A DNA stretch of 64,000 nucleotides from Bryobacterales bacterium (GCA_965248365.1 CBDFJA010000002.1:773171-837170); one strand, 5' to 3'; shown: positions 28,146 to 37,938, counted from the first letter of the stretch. Notes: generated from the sequence alone by a model not told the origin. Program-made: numbers and translations.

Positions 28146-28277
28146 GCCGGTTTCCTCACCGGAACCGAAAAATCAAAATTCTTACGCTTTAGCGAAAGAA
28201 GCGGACGCCATCCGGTCTACGGCGGGCGGCCATAGGTTTGCCACCCCCCTATCCCTGTCGCGGTGATCTTGGGTGAG
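28146..28277 (-). other. Candidate cos region
   Basis: Non-coding stretch upstream of terS with a G-run (ATAGGGGGGTGGCAAA on minus) followed by GC-rich and then AT-rich segments, as in HK97-like phages; exact cut site not identified. Confidence 0.4.
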
Positions 28278-28931
28278 CTACGCTGCCCGGATGCGGCTGC
28301 GGGCGATCTCGAAGTATTGCGGGTCGATCTCAATACCGATGAACTTGCGCCCCAGCTCCCGGCAGGCAACCGCCGTCGTCCCCGATCCCATGAAAGGGTC
28401 CAGGATCGTCTCGCCTTCAGTGACGCCGATGATCTGACGCATGATCGAGACCGGCTTCTCCGCCGGATGGCCCGAGGGCTTGCGATACGAAGCCCGAGCC
28501 TGAAAGATGTCCGGCACACTACGGTCCGCCAGGCCAGGCCCGTCGATCAACAGGGCGATCATTTCGTATCGCCGCCGCAGGCCCCGATTGCCGCCCGTGC
28601 CGATGATCTCCTTGTCCCAGACCGCCAGGCTATTGATCTCCCAGTCGGCGTCGAGCGCCGCCTTGGTCAAGGTCGGTACGGTGCGCCAGTTCAAGAACTG
28701 CCACACCACGCCATGACCTTCGAGACAGCGCCGGAACAAGCGGAACATCTCGGCAAACCAGAAGGCGGCGTTGTGGATGTCGGCCCAATGGTCCTGCTTG
28801 TGGTCGCTGCTCCTGACGGTCAACTGGTAGGGCGGATCGGTTACCACCGCGTCCACCTTCCCGAGAGCCGGCAGGATCTCTAGACAATCGCCTAGATAGA
28901 GTTCGGCGTCGCCGATCCGCTCCTTATGCAT
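28278..28931 (-). CDS. DNA methyltransferase (N4-C/N6-A, beta class)
   Basis: Catalytic VTDPPY precedes SAM-binding LDPFMGSGTT; HPAEKP motif. Confidence 0.92.
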   Translation of the reverse strand: MHKERIGDAELYLGDCLEILPALGKVDAVVTDPPYQLTVRSSDHKQDHWADIHNAAFWFAEMFRLFRRCLEGHGVVWQFLNWRTVPTLTKAALDADWEINSLAVWDKEIIGTGGNRGLRRRYEMIALLIDGPGLADRSVPDIFQARASYRKPSGHPAEKPVSIMRQIIGVTEGETILDPFMGSGTTAVACRELGRKFIGIEIDPQYFEIARSRIRAA

Positions 28932-29262
28932 CCTGGTTGGCAGTGCCTCGGTTCGCCGGGTGGCGCGGATCAACCGGCCAGCCGTCCGGGCCTGCCGCCG
29001 AGCTGTAGCCGCGCCGCTCCTCGCGCTGCTTGTGGCGGCTGTGACAGCTCTTGCACAGCGGCTGCCGGTTCGTGGGGTCCCGTAACAGCTTCTTATCGCC
29101 CCGGTGCGGCACGATGTGATCGACGTCGCTGGCTGGGGCGATGCGGCCCGCGGCCTTGCACCTCACGCACAGCTGATGGCGCGCGAGATAGGCTCTCCGT
29201 GCCTTCCGCCATTGGCGGTCATAGCCCCGCTTCGCTGCTGAGGGGCGTCGGTTATCGTTCAT
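28924..29262 (-). CDS. Terminase-associated HNH endonuclease
   Basis: KRGYDRQWRKAR...CVRC...VDHIVPHRGD...NRQPLCKSCHSRHK. Confidence 0.93.
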   Translation of the reverse strand: MNDNRRPSAAKRGYDRQWRKARRAYLARHQLCVRCKAAGRIAPASDVDHIVPHRGDKKLLRDPTNRQPLCKSCHSRHKQREERRGYSSAAGPDGWPVDPRHPANRGTANQDA

Positions 29263-29519
29263 AGATTCATGCCCTTGTGCTGGATCAGCCGCGCCGTGCC
29301 GTCCAGCAGCCGTTCCCGGTAGGTCGTCGGCGTGTGCAGCCGGAAGCCCGGCAGGGCCTTGCGCGAGGCGGCCTTGACCTCCAGACGTCGTACCCGCTGC
29401 CTTCGTGGGCGCTCTACGCAGCCCAGCGCAACCAAACGCTCGGCTTCGTCGAGAGTAAGCATCCGCATGCGCACGCCGCCGACACAGAGCGAAACGGGCT
29501 CCACAAATCGGTAGTTCAT
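29259..29519 (-). CDS. Hypothetical phage protein (86 aa)
   Basis: ORF overlapping the HNH start (ATGA coupling). Confidence 0.5.
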   Translation of the reverse strand: MNYRFVEPVSLCVGGVRMRMLTLDEAERLVALGCVERPRRQRVRRLEVKAASRKALPGFRLHTPTTYRERLLDGTARLIQHKGMNL

Positions 29520-29532
29520 GATGTAGGCAAAG

Positions 29533-29554
29533 AAAAAGGCGCACGAACGGCGCC
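29533..29554 (-). terminator. Weak intrinsic terminator downstream of the putative late promoter
   Basis: GGCGC-N7-GCGCC followed by TTTTT on the minus strand. Confidence 0.4.
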
Positions 29555-29644
29555 TAAAAGATTCCAGCCCCGATTGTTTTGAGACGGTCGGACCGTCTAG
29601 CCTTGCCGGATCAGGCTGCCACCTACATCGGGTGGCTTGGAATC

Positions 29645-29673
29645 AGACTACCTCAAGGGGTTGGGGGTGTCAA
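29645..29673 (-). promoter_or_regulatory. Sigma70-type promoter facing the late operon
   Basis: TTGACA (29673-29668), 17-bp spacer, TAGTCT (29650-29645). Confidence 0.55.
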
Positions 29674-29705
29674 GCGCAATCATTTCCGGGGCCACGGCCC
29701 TAGCT

Positions 29706-30191
29706 CTAAGCATCGAATGGCAGGAGTAGCTTCTCAGATTGTGGCTTCAGGAATTTGATTGAATCAACATGTAAGTGATGTTCCCTGTTCAGCATTTTCC
29801 CATCGAGCGCATACAGAATATCGCAACTCTGAGCGAGTGCAGTGGCGATATGAAAACAATCCCATTTTCTCCGACGGTTTTCGCTAATCTTTTCCTTCTC
29901 ACTCTGCAGTTGTAAGTCCAGTAGTTGTGCCTCTAGCTTGGCTGCTGACAAAGCGATCTCTTTAGTGATGCTTGCTACCCTCGCCAATTTGCCGACTTTG
30001 GCGTGATTGTCGTCGGAAGACCCGCGACGCCTGAATGCAGCAACAGACACTTCTTGAATTGTGATGATTGACGTGTAAATCCTCACACGCTCGTTCTTGA
30101 GTTCTCTAAGTAGTTGGCGAATGTCCTCTGCCATTTGTTCACCATTGAAGATGGCCAGAAATACCGAGGTATCAAAGTAGACTGTCCGCAC
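29706..30191 (-). CDS. PIN-domain (VapC-like) ribonuclease
   Basis: VYFDTSVFL, ITIQEV, WDCFHIATA and LYALDGKML acidic tetrad. Confidence 0.88.
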   Translation of the reverse strand: MRTVYFDTSVFLAIFNGEQMAEDIRQLLRELKNERVRIYTSIITIQEVSVAAFRRRGSSDDNHAKVGKLARVASITKEIALSAAKLEAQLLDLQLQSEKEKISENRRRKWDCFHIATALAQSCDILYALDGKMLNREHHLHVDSIKFLKPQSEKLLLPFDA

Positions 30192-30208
30192 TACTGTTCC
30201 TTCGCCCT

Positions 30209-31090
30209 TTAGCCGCGGATCTCTTGAAGAAGTGTTTCAAGATCTGCGCTTCCGTACAGCTCCCTATCGCATCCGAACAGCTCATCGAATTCCACTTCGT
30301 AGTCTCTATCTGGATCAATGTCGAGATGCTCAGCGACAAGTTTTGGCCTTGCCACGCGGTAATAGCTGACCGTACCAGTCAAAGCCACTTGCTGTCCAAA
30401 AGCTCCAGAGATGGAAGATTTGTCAAAGGACTCCGGGAACTGAATCCGCCAAGCTTCTCCGGTGTCATGACGCAATTCTCCAAATATCCCTTTCCCGCCT
30501 TCGTCCTCAAAGTCACGGTCTTGTAGTTCAATCAGCTTTCCGAATACCGTAATGGATTCTTCTATAAATTCTTCTTCCGTTATAGTGTTGGCATACGCAA
30601 CCGCAGACTCATCGAATACTGCCTTCTTTACATACGAATTGTTGGGCGTCTTGAGACTGAACTGGGTGACAATCTTATCGGTCTTATGAATTTTGGCGAT
30701 GTTGTTCAGTCGGCGGACAACCTGTGTCGCGGTGCCGTTTCTCGGCCCAGGGATCAGCTTTCCCTTGGATAATCCCTCGACGGTGTCCAACACCAGGTGA
30801 GCGGCCCGAATACCATTCGCCTTATCGATCGTAATTGCCATGTTAGTTGTCATACTACCCTTGCGAAATACCATCCCACTTTTACCTGCAATTAGCTCAA
30901 GCCCAAAGTCACCATCAGGGTTCTTGTGCCCATGGAAGCGTTGCAACTCTTTCCCCGCAGCAGTAAACATCTGGCGCACTTCACTTAGAACAGACAAGAC
31001 GTGCCCTAACGGTAAACGATGTCGGTCGGCTAGTCCTCGCTGATGCTTGATAGTGAATACCGGATCCTCAAATGTAGTCCGCTTTGCCAT
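30209..31090 (-). CDS. Uncharacterised 293-aa protein upstream of the PIN gene (putative partner/antitoxin)
   Basis: GGGGAGG SD; co-oriented 17 bp from the PIN start; low GC; acidic C-terminus. Confidence 0.6.
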   Translation of the reverse strand: MAKRTTFEDPVFTIKHQRGLADRHRLPLGHVLSVLSEVRQMFTAAGKELQRFHGHKNPDGDFGLELIAGKSGMVFRKGSMTTNMAITIDKANGIRAAHLVLDTVEGLSKGKLIPGPRNGTATQVVRRLNNIAKIHKTDKIVTQFSLKTPNNSYVKKAVFDESAVAYANTITEEEFIEESITVFGKLIELQDRDFEDEGGKGIFGELRHDTGEAWRIQFPESFDKSSISGAFGQQVALTGTVSYYRVARPKLVAEHLDIDPDRDYEVEFDELFGCDRELYGSADLETLLQEIRG

Positions 31091-31827
31091 CAGCAGCCTC
31101 CCCGTGTCACGGCTTTTCTGCAGGCTCATCGCCTCCGCAATAAGCCCAGGTTTGTGAGATGCTTTCCATTGACTCCGAGCAGAATCATGATAGCGCGTTC
31201 AGCGATACCCCTGACGGCCTCAGGGGGCCTCCTTGCAGTGCCGTGTTACGAATTCAACAACTCGTAGCACGGGCCGATTTCTCTTTTCCACCTCTACTAC
31301 TACAGTACTCTCTACTAAGCCAGTCCTTTCCTTGGAGCCCCTCAGGAGGCAGAGGAGGACTAGCCCCGGCCCGTTTCCGGTTACCAGGGTTCTCCCTGCC
31401 TCCAACAGGAGGCCCAGGCAGCACAGTCCGCGCCTGCCTGGTTGGCAGCTACTTATCGACGGGCGGCTCCGCCGTGGATCTTGGACTTCTGCCTTTCGGA
31501 GTATCCATTAGCCGTTGCGATCCAAGCCCAGCAGGTAGCGGCTCTCCGGCTGATGGGCGTCAGGAATGCTCAGATGACATGTACCGAGCGCGCCATCACG
31601 ACGCGCCTGATATCCCCAGAGATGATCTAGAGAGTTCATATTGCCTGTTCCTGCCGCCATCAACCAAAGTGTCTGCTCATGGACCCCGCCGTCATTGCAA
31701 CCACCAGTCCATGACAGGTTAAGGCTGTTCGTCCTACTCGCCCAAGCCGACACCCGGCCTGCGGCTTTCCAGCGGACTCACTGCCTCCTTCATTCACTGC
31801 GTTTCACTTCTACGGCCCCGGCGAATC

Positions 31828-32097
31828 TCAAGCCTCAGCCGCTAAATCCTTTCTCAACCTCCATGCCCGCTTGCGGCAGGCCTCGGAGTAATATCTCTGA
31901 TTCGAGCGGTACTGCATGAATGTCTTGTGGCACCCACACGAGCATCGTATTCGTGCCGTCTCCGAGCCGTCCTGAGCCGTCCCCAGCCGTCGCTTGGCAC
32001 TGAGTACCAGCAATCGGTTAAACGCCGCCCACAACGCCGCTGAGCGGGCGCGCTCAAGCGAGAGTTGAGATTCAAGGGTCATGCAGATCTTCGCCAT
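31828..32097 (-). CDS. Small phage-type Cys-motif protein
   Basis: CSCGCHKTFMQYRSNQRYYSEACRKRAWR zinc-finger-like motif. Confidence 0.5.
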   Translation of the reverse strand: MAKICMTLESQLSLERARSAALWAAFNRLLVLSAKRRLGTAQDGSETARIRCSCGCHKTFMQYRSNQRYYSEACRKRAWRLRKDLAAEA

Positions 32098-32186
32098 GCC
32101 TTCGCCTTCAGAATGTACAACTGGTGTACAACGGAAGTACATTTCCAGGGGTTCGGGTAAGTTGGTTGTCTTTTAGAATCAGTAAC

Positions 32187-34071
32187 TTATAGAAAAGAAA
32201 AGGGCGAAAGAAGATCGATCGCCACCTCGCCAAGATGCGGCGCGCCCAGAGAGATCTCCCAGTTCCCCGCGTTCCTCTGCGCAATGGTCGCAAAGGGTTG
32301 GTCGCCGACAGATGTCAGCACGTGTCGAATCACGCCGCTTCCGAGTTCCTCTTCGATTTCCCGCTGCAGGCGCAGGCCGCTCTGCTCGAGTACGCGCACA
32401 GCTTCCTCGGTCAGCTCGACCGGCGTCTCCAGCGGCATGGTCACCGAGGCGCTGATGAAATCCGACTCCACCTCGGGGAAAAACACGAAGTCCACATACC
32501 CGCTGCCCGCCAGCCCCACCGTCAGCAGCAATGTCGCCACCGCAACCGCCACCGTCAAGTAGCGCCACTCGAGGGCCGCCCCCAGCAGGGGACGATAGAT
32601 CCGCGCGATGACCCATTCCAGACCATTCACGAAGAAGTCAAAAAAACCGTTCCACGCCCGAACAAGGATGTTTCGCCTCCCGCGGCTCTTCGGCTCCGGC
32701 CGCGAGTGCGACAGGTGCGACGGCAGCACCAGCTTCGATTCCACCAAGGGAAACATCAAGGTCGGGATAATGATCAGCGGAATGACCCGCCAGATCTTGC
32801 CCATATAGCCCGGCACGAACAGCATCGGGGCGAAGGCCACCACCGTTGTCAGTACTCCGAAAATCACCGGTACCGTCACTCGGCGAGCCCCTTGGATGGA
32901 GGCCTGTACCCCGTAGACTCCCGCTTGGCGGCGAGAGAAAATGCTCTCGCCCACCACGATCGCGTCGTCAACCACGATCCCCAACACCAAAATGAATGAA
33001 AACAGGGAAATCATGTTGATCGAAGCGCCGAACATCGGCATCAGCGCGATCGCCCCCAAAAACGAGATCGGGATACCGATCGTCACCCAGAACGCGAGCC
33101 GCATACGAAGGAATAACGCCAAAACCAAGAAAACCAGCGCCAGACCGCTGAGGGCGTTGCGCATCAGCAGGTCCATGCGGCCACGTAGAAACTCCGAGTT
33201 GTCCTGCCAAATGGTCAGCGCAATACCCTCGGGCAAACGCCGGCTTCCCGTCGAGCCGGGACCACTGATCGGTTTCGGCAAAACCGTCGACCACCCGCGC
33301 CACGTCGCCCACCCGCAGTTTCGTCCCGTCGGGCTTGGCCAGCAGCGTCAGCTTCTCGAACTCTTCCCCGCGGTAGGCTTGTCCCTTCGTGCGCAGCAGG
33401 ATCTCGCCGCTTTTGGTCTTCAGAGAGCCGCCGGGCAGATCGAACGACGATCGCCGCACGGCAAACGCCACCTCGTCAAACGTGAGCCCGTAGCGGCGCA
33501 TCGCTTCCTCGGAGACCTCAATGGAGATTTCGTAGGGAGGCGCGTTTACAAGCTCGGCTTGCGTGACGCCCGGCAGATCCATGATCTCGTCGCGGACCTG
33601 CTCGCCGAGTCGCTTCAAAGTGACCGCGTCGGCATCCCCCGAAACAGACACGTTGACGACTTGAAAACGGTTCGTAATCTCCTGGACGGTGGGTTTCTCG
33701 GTTTCGGCCGGGAAGGTGTCAATGGCATCAACGCGAGCCTTCACGTCGTCAAGCAGCTTGCGCGTGTCGTATCCGGGAATGACCTCGATGGTGACGCTCC
33801 CGACGCCTTCCGCGGCGGTGGCGCGAATCTGTTTGATGCCGTCAAGGTCCTGGATCGCCTCCTCCACCCGGACGCAGACCCCTTCCTCGACTTCCTCGGG
33901 CGCCGCGCCCAGATACCTGACCTGGACAGTCACGATATCGACCGCGTACTCGGGAAAGATTTCCTTCTTGAGGAACGGAATCGTCAGAGCGCCACTGACG
34001 ATGATGATGATCATCAGCAGATTGGCCGCTACGCCGTTTCGGGCGAACCATGGAACGATTCCCTTGTCCAT
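32187..34071 (-). pseudogene. RND efflux permease (AcrB-like): internal deletion/frameshift near 33235 and 3' truncation near 32200
   Basis: WFARNGVAANLLM N-terminus. RLDGKPA is joined out of frame to LPEGIALTIWQDNS. GIVVDDAIVVGE motif present. Ends abruptly at GEVAIDLLSPFSFL*, far short of the about 1000 aa expected. Confidence 0.88.
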
Positions 34072-34179
34072 GAGATCTTCCTTGACTTCCCCCGACCCTA
34101 CCGCGCTTTGTTCGCGACCTGACGGCCTACTCACGCGCTTCCCCTCGCCGGGCAGTAGGAAAAGCGCCCGAAGACCGGT

Positions 34180-35364
34180 TTATCCCTCGTTCGCATCGGA
34201 CTCCTGCTCGACGGTTCGTACTTTCATCCCGTCTACCGCGGCTTCCAGAATGGAAACGCAAACTCGCTCGCCCTCGCTCAGCCCCGAGCGCACGATCACG
34301 CGATCCGTCTCGGCTCGCAGGATTTCCACGGGCCGGAAGCGCATCCGGTTTTCTTCATCCACCACCATGACCTGATCACCGGCTCGAAGGGCCGTGCGCG
34401 GCAAAAACACGACGTTGCGAGCCCAGCGGCCCTGGATCTCGGCTTCCACGAACATGCCGACAGCCAGGGGCGGCCGCCCGGGGTGCGCCGCGTATCCATA
34501 GGGGTCCTCGATCTGCGCCACCGCTCGAACCATGCGGCTCTGGGCGTCGATTTCCCCTTCGGTGCGAACGATTCGGCCCCTCCACTCGTGCTTCTTCCCG
34601 GCGAAGGTGGCTCTCACCCGGACCCGCGGCATGTTCGCCTTCCCCGACCTTCCCCGGTAAGCCAGCGGAAGGTCGACGAAGGCTAGCTCGCTGTCGGGAA
34701 TCGGTAGCTGCACCTCCGCCAGATCCACCGAGTAGATACGGGCGATGGGGCTGCCTCGGGTTACGAATTGTCCCCGGTCGACTTTCTTTTCCCATACGCG
34801 TCCGGCGTAAGGCGCCCGCACCGTCGTCCGTTCGAGGTCATACTTGGCTCGATCCAGAGCCGCCTGCGCCGAGGCCAGCGCGGCCTTGGCTTCCGCGATC
34901 TGGGGCTCTCGGAGCACCAGCGGCGCGGGTTCGCCCTCTCCGAGGCTCTCCCACTCCTTTCGCGCGACCTGGGCTTCCTGCTTTTCAGTCGCCACGCGCA
35001 GCTCGGCTTGCGCAACAGCCGCCCGCGAGCGAACAATCTCCAACTCGTATTCGCGGGGGTCTATCTTCAGCAGTACATCACCCTCCTCGAAAAAGCCCCC
35101 CGCGGCTAATGACGGAGAAATCTCCACCACCCGGCCGGACACTTCCGGCACCATCTCGGTCTCGGTCCGAGGCCTGACCGTACCCTCCGCCTCGACCTTC
35201 AGACGTACGGTCTCGGGCCGCACGGTGATCACCCGCACGAGCGGCGGCTGCACTTCGACCGGTTGTGGTTCGGGCTTTTCGCGGGCCTCGATCATCGTCC
35301 AGGCACCGAAGGTTCCCGCGGCAACGACAACAACCGGCAACAAAATCATCAATGCCAGCCTCAT
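34180..35364 (-). CDS. RND membrane fusion (periplasmic adaptor) protein
   Basis: PEVSGRV, GGFFEEGDVLLKID and VRAPYAGRV motifs. Confidence 0.93.
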   Translation of the reverse strand: MRLALMILLPVVVVAAGTFGAWTMIEAREKPEPQPVEVQPPLVRVITVRPETVRLKVEAEGTVRPRTETEMVPEVSGRVVEISPSLAAGGFFEEGDVLLKIDPREYELEIVRSRAAVAQAELRVATEKQEAQVARKEWESLGEGEPAPLVLREPQIAEAKAALASAQAALDRAKYDLERTTVRAPYAGRVWEKKVDRGQFVTRGSPIARIYSVDLAEVQLPIPDSELAFVDLPLAYRGRSGKANMPRVRVRATFAGKKHEWRGRIVRTEGEIDAQSRMVRAVAQIEDPYGYAAHPGRPPLAVGMFVEAEIQGRWARNVVFLPRTALRAGDQVMVVDEENRMRFRPVEILRAETDRVIVRSGLSEGERVCVSILEAAVDGMKVRTVEQESDANEG

Positions 35365-36828
35365 GATCCCTGACCCTCCTTCCCCGAGCCGGGTTTCCGC
35401 TCGAAGGGCTGTTGCCGGGAAACGCCCGGCTGCGTCTTGCCGCTCTCGAATCCGCCCCCGAGAGCGAGATGCAAGTCCACGCGATTGTCGAGCCTCAGCC
35501 TGCGAACGCTCAGCAACTGGCTTTCCGAATCAAAGGCCGTTCGCTGGGAAGCCAGGACCGTGATGATATCGGCCAGCCCGGCCCGATAGCGCCTCTCGGC
35601 CTCATCGCGAGCGCCCAACGACTGCTTCGTCGCCGACTCCAACGCGGCCTCGCGTTCGGCCAATTCATCTTCCGCGGCCAAAGCCGATTCGACCTCGCTG
35701 TAGGCCCGCAGCACGGCACTCTCATAGCCGGTGGCCGCCTCGCGGGCCCGCGCCTCGTCTCACGCCCGCCTTCAGCCGCCCGCTGTTGTAGAGCGGCTGC
35801 ACGAGATTGCCCAACAGGTTCCAAGCCAAAAAGTCCGGGTTCGGCAGGTCTCTCAATTGGTTGCTGCTCGTCCCCGAACCCGTCGTCAGGCTGAACTTCG
35901 GCCGCAGCTCGGCCTTCGACTGAGCGATGCGCGCGTCCGCCGCCAACAGTTCGCGCTCCCTCGCCACCAGGTCGGGACGCCGGTGAACAAGTTCGGAGGG
36001 AAGCCCCCCGGGGACAGGAGACGCGACCCGCGGCAAGTCTTCCGCCAACCGATACTCGCCCTCGGGGTAGCGGCCTAACAGAATTTCGAGTTGTCGCACC
36101 GCGCGGTCGTGCTGTTCCACGCGCTGTCGTAAGACAGCTTGTGCCCGCGCGACCTCGGTCAAAGCCAACCGCAAATCGAGCGACGGCCGGATGCCGCGCT
36201 CAAAACGTTCCCGTACGCGCTCGGCCGAGGTCTCGTAGCTCCTCAACGAAGCCCGCGCCAAACCAACCTGTCGCTGAGCCTCAATCGCCGAAAACCAAGC
36301 CTTGGCCGTCTGCCCCGCCAAAGAGAGTCGCGCCCCGGCAAGATCGGCCCGCCGGGCGTCCGTCGCGGCCAGCTTCCTGGCCTGAATCCTCCCCCAAAGA
36401 TCGGCCTCCCAGCTCACGTCGAGAGAAACACCCGCGCTGTTGTAGGTCGCGCTTAGAACACTGCCCTCGCGTCCCGGGATGGGCAGCCCCACGAAGTTTT
36501 GCCGCTGGCGAGCGCGGTTCAAGCTCAGGTCCACGTTGGGCCGCAGAGCGGTGCCGGCGATTCGCGCCTCCTGTTCGGCAGCCGCCAGCCGCGCCGCCGC
36601 GGCTCGCAGATCGTGGTTGCGCGCGAGCGCCCCGCTGATCGCCTTATCCAGGCCCGGATCGGCGAACTCCCCCCACCACTGTGTCTCGCCAAGGTCCGCG
36701 CGGATCTCTCCGCCCGTCCATGTTCGCGGGGCGGCTACATCCAACTGATGCACAGGAGGTTCGAACTGCCGCGAGCAGGCCACCATGGCCACCACCAAAC
36801 ACAACCCGGCCAGGCCCCGGCGGTTCAT
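35361..36828 (-). pseudogene. Outer-membrane efflux lipoprotein (OMF/NodT family), frameshifted near 35760
   Basis: Lipobox VAMVAC; WEADLWG and RRPDL motifs. Frame breaks after RLKAGV and resumes DEARAREAATGYESAVLRAYSEVE. Confidence 0.85.
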
Positions 36829-37508
36829 CGTCCCCCCTCCAACGTCGATGCCACCGCCTCTTCCTCCCGGGCAGGCGCCTCCATGACCGGCGCCCGTAAA
36901 CCCGCCGCTGTAAACCGAACCATACGCTCGATCGTGCCCTCAACCTCCGACGGGTCGCAGACTCCTTGGGAAATCATCTTCAGCCGCTCGGAATCACACA
37001 TCGTGTGGACCATCGCGCCGACCGCGAAGTGCGTACGCCAAAAAAGTTCCTTCAGGGGAAGTTCAGGGCAAGCTCTTCGAAACGCAGCCATGAATCGCTC
37101 AATCACCTCTTTGAACAATTCCTCGAACATCGGCTGCATGTACTCGCCCAGCTCGGCATAAAATCGCCCGCAAAGGCGCATGAAGGTCTCGCCCCTCTCG
37201 GGATCGCGGCTGAGCCGAATGGCTGGCGCAAACAAAGCCCGAAGAACATCTTCCACGGCGAGAGGTCCATCCCCGGCGCGCGCTTCGGCCTCGTCCAAAA
37301 GGGCCAGCCGCTGCCGATTCAAAGGAATCATCCGTCGCCCAAAAACCTCTCTGACGAGCGCTTCCTTGGAACCGAAGTGATAGTGGATAGCGGCAAGATT
37401 CACGCTCGCTTCGGCCGTAATAGTGCGCAGAGAGACCGCATCGATCCCAGACTCCGCAAACAGCCGCTCGGCGGTGTCGAGAATTTGATCCTTGGTTTCG
37501 GTCGGCAT
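36825..37508 (-). CDS. TetR/AcrR-family regulator
   Basis: ILDTAERLFAESG...VNLAAIHYHFGSKEAL HTH. Confidence 0.95.
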   Translation of the reverse strand: MPTETKDQILDTAERLFAESGIDAVSLRTITAEASVNLAAIHYHFGSKEALVREVFGRRMIPLNRQRLALLDEAEARAGDGPLAVEDVLRALFAPAIRLSRDPERGETFMRLCGRFYAELGEYMQPMFEELFKEVIERFMAAFRRACPELPLKELFWRTHFAVGAMVHTMCDSERLKMISQGVCDPSEVEGTIERMVRFTAAGLRAPVMEAPAREEEAVASTLEGGR

Positions 37509-37524
37509 GCCCCACCTATCCCAG

Positions 37525-37587
37525 TCAATCGTATGATTGATTCATACGTTTGTTTAAATTGTACGTTTGAATGGTGCCCCGTGTCAA
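37525..37587 (-). promoter_or_regulatory. Promoter and palindromic operator upstream of the TetR-RND operon
   Basis: TTGACA-N18-TACAAT on minus (37587-37558); near-palindrome TCAATCGTATGATTGA at 37525-37540. Confidence 0.6.
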
Positions 37588-37617
37588 CTCTTTGTGATTT
37601 TCCAGTCTGAAAGCTAC

Positions 37618-37900
37618 TCAGATGGGTGGCTGAGCGCCAAAGCCAGTGTCGGCAACTTCCAAGCCGACGTGGGGGCCTTCCGGCAGGTCGTCGTCCAAGT
37701 AGGTCGCGGTGCGGCGGGAGCGGTCTGCTTCGGAGCGGTCTGCGTGGATGACCCCGGTGCCGGCCGCAACGACGCCACTTTCCTCTCCGATTGCCTCGGG
37801 ATCGTTGATGATGACGTTCATGACGACCTGCCGGATTTGGCTGGCGTCCGCCTCGGTCAGCGGCAGGTTATCCGGAAGTCGTATGTCGGGACCAGTTTTT
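37618..37900 (-). pseudogene. Fragment of a sensor histidine kinase ATPase domain
   Basis: ADASQIRQVVMNVIIN...AIG...LPEGPHVGLEVADTG (N box and start of G1 box) with no HisKA or remaining G boxes. Confidence 0.65.
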
Positions 37901-37938
37901 TTGAAGTGGAAATCTGGGAGCAACTCCTGGAAACGCGC

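Larger units (their letters stand above)
6277..32190 (-). mobile_element. HK97-like siphovirus prophage (late module complete, early module absent from window; left end may extend to about 1.8 kb or beyond)
   Basis: Contiguous HNH, terS, terL, portal, protease, capsid, connectors, lysis, tail tube, chaperones, tape measure and tail tip genes. Confidence 0.93.

Noticed and set aside
31150-31830. Replication initiator or Cro remnant
   Set aside because: Short fragments (ASPPLPPEG, VVVEVEK) are suggestive but no continuous ORF or HTH supports a call
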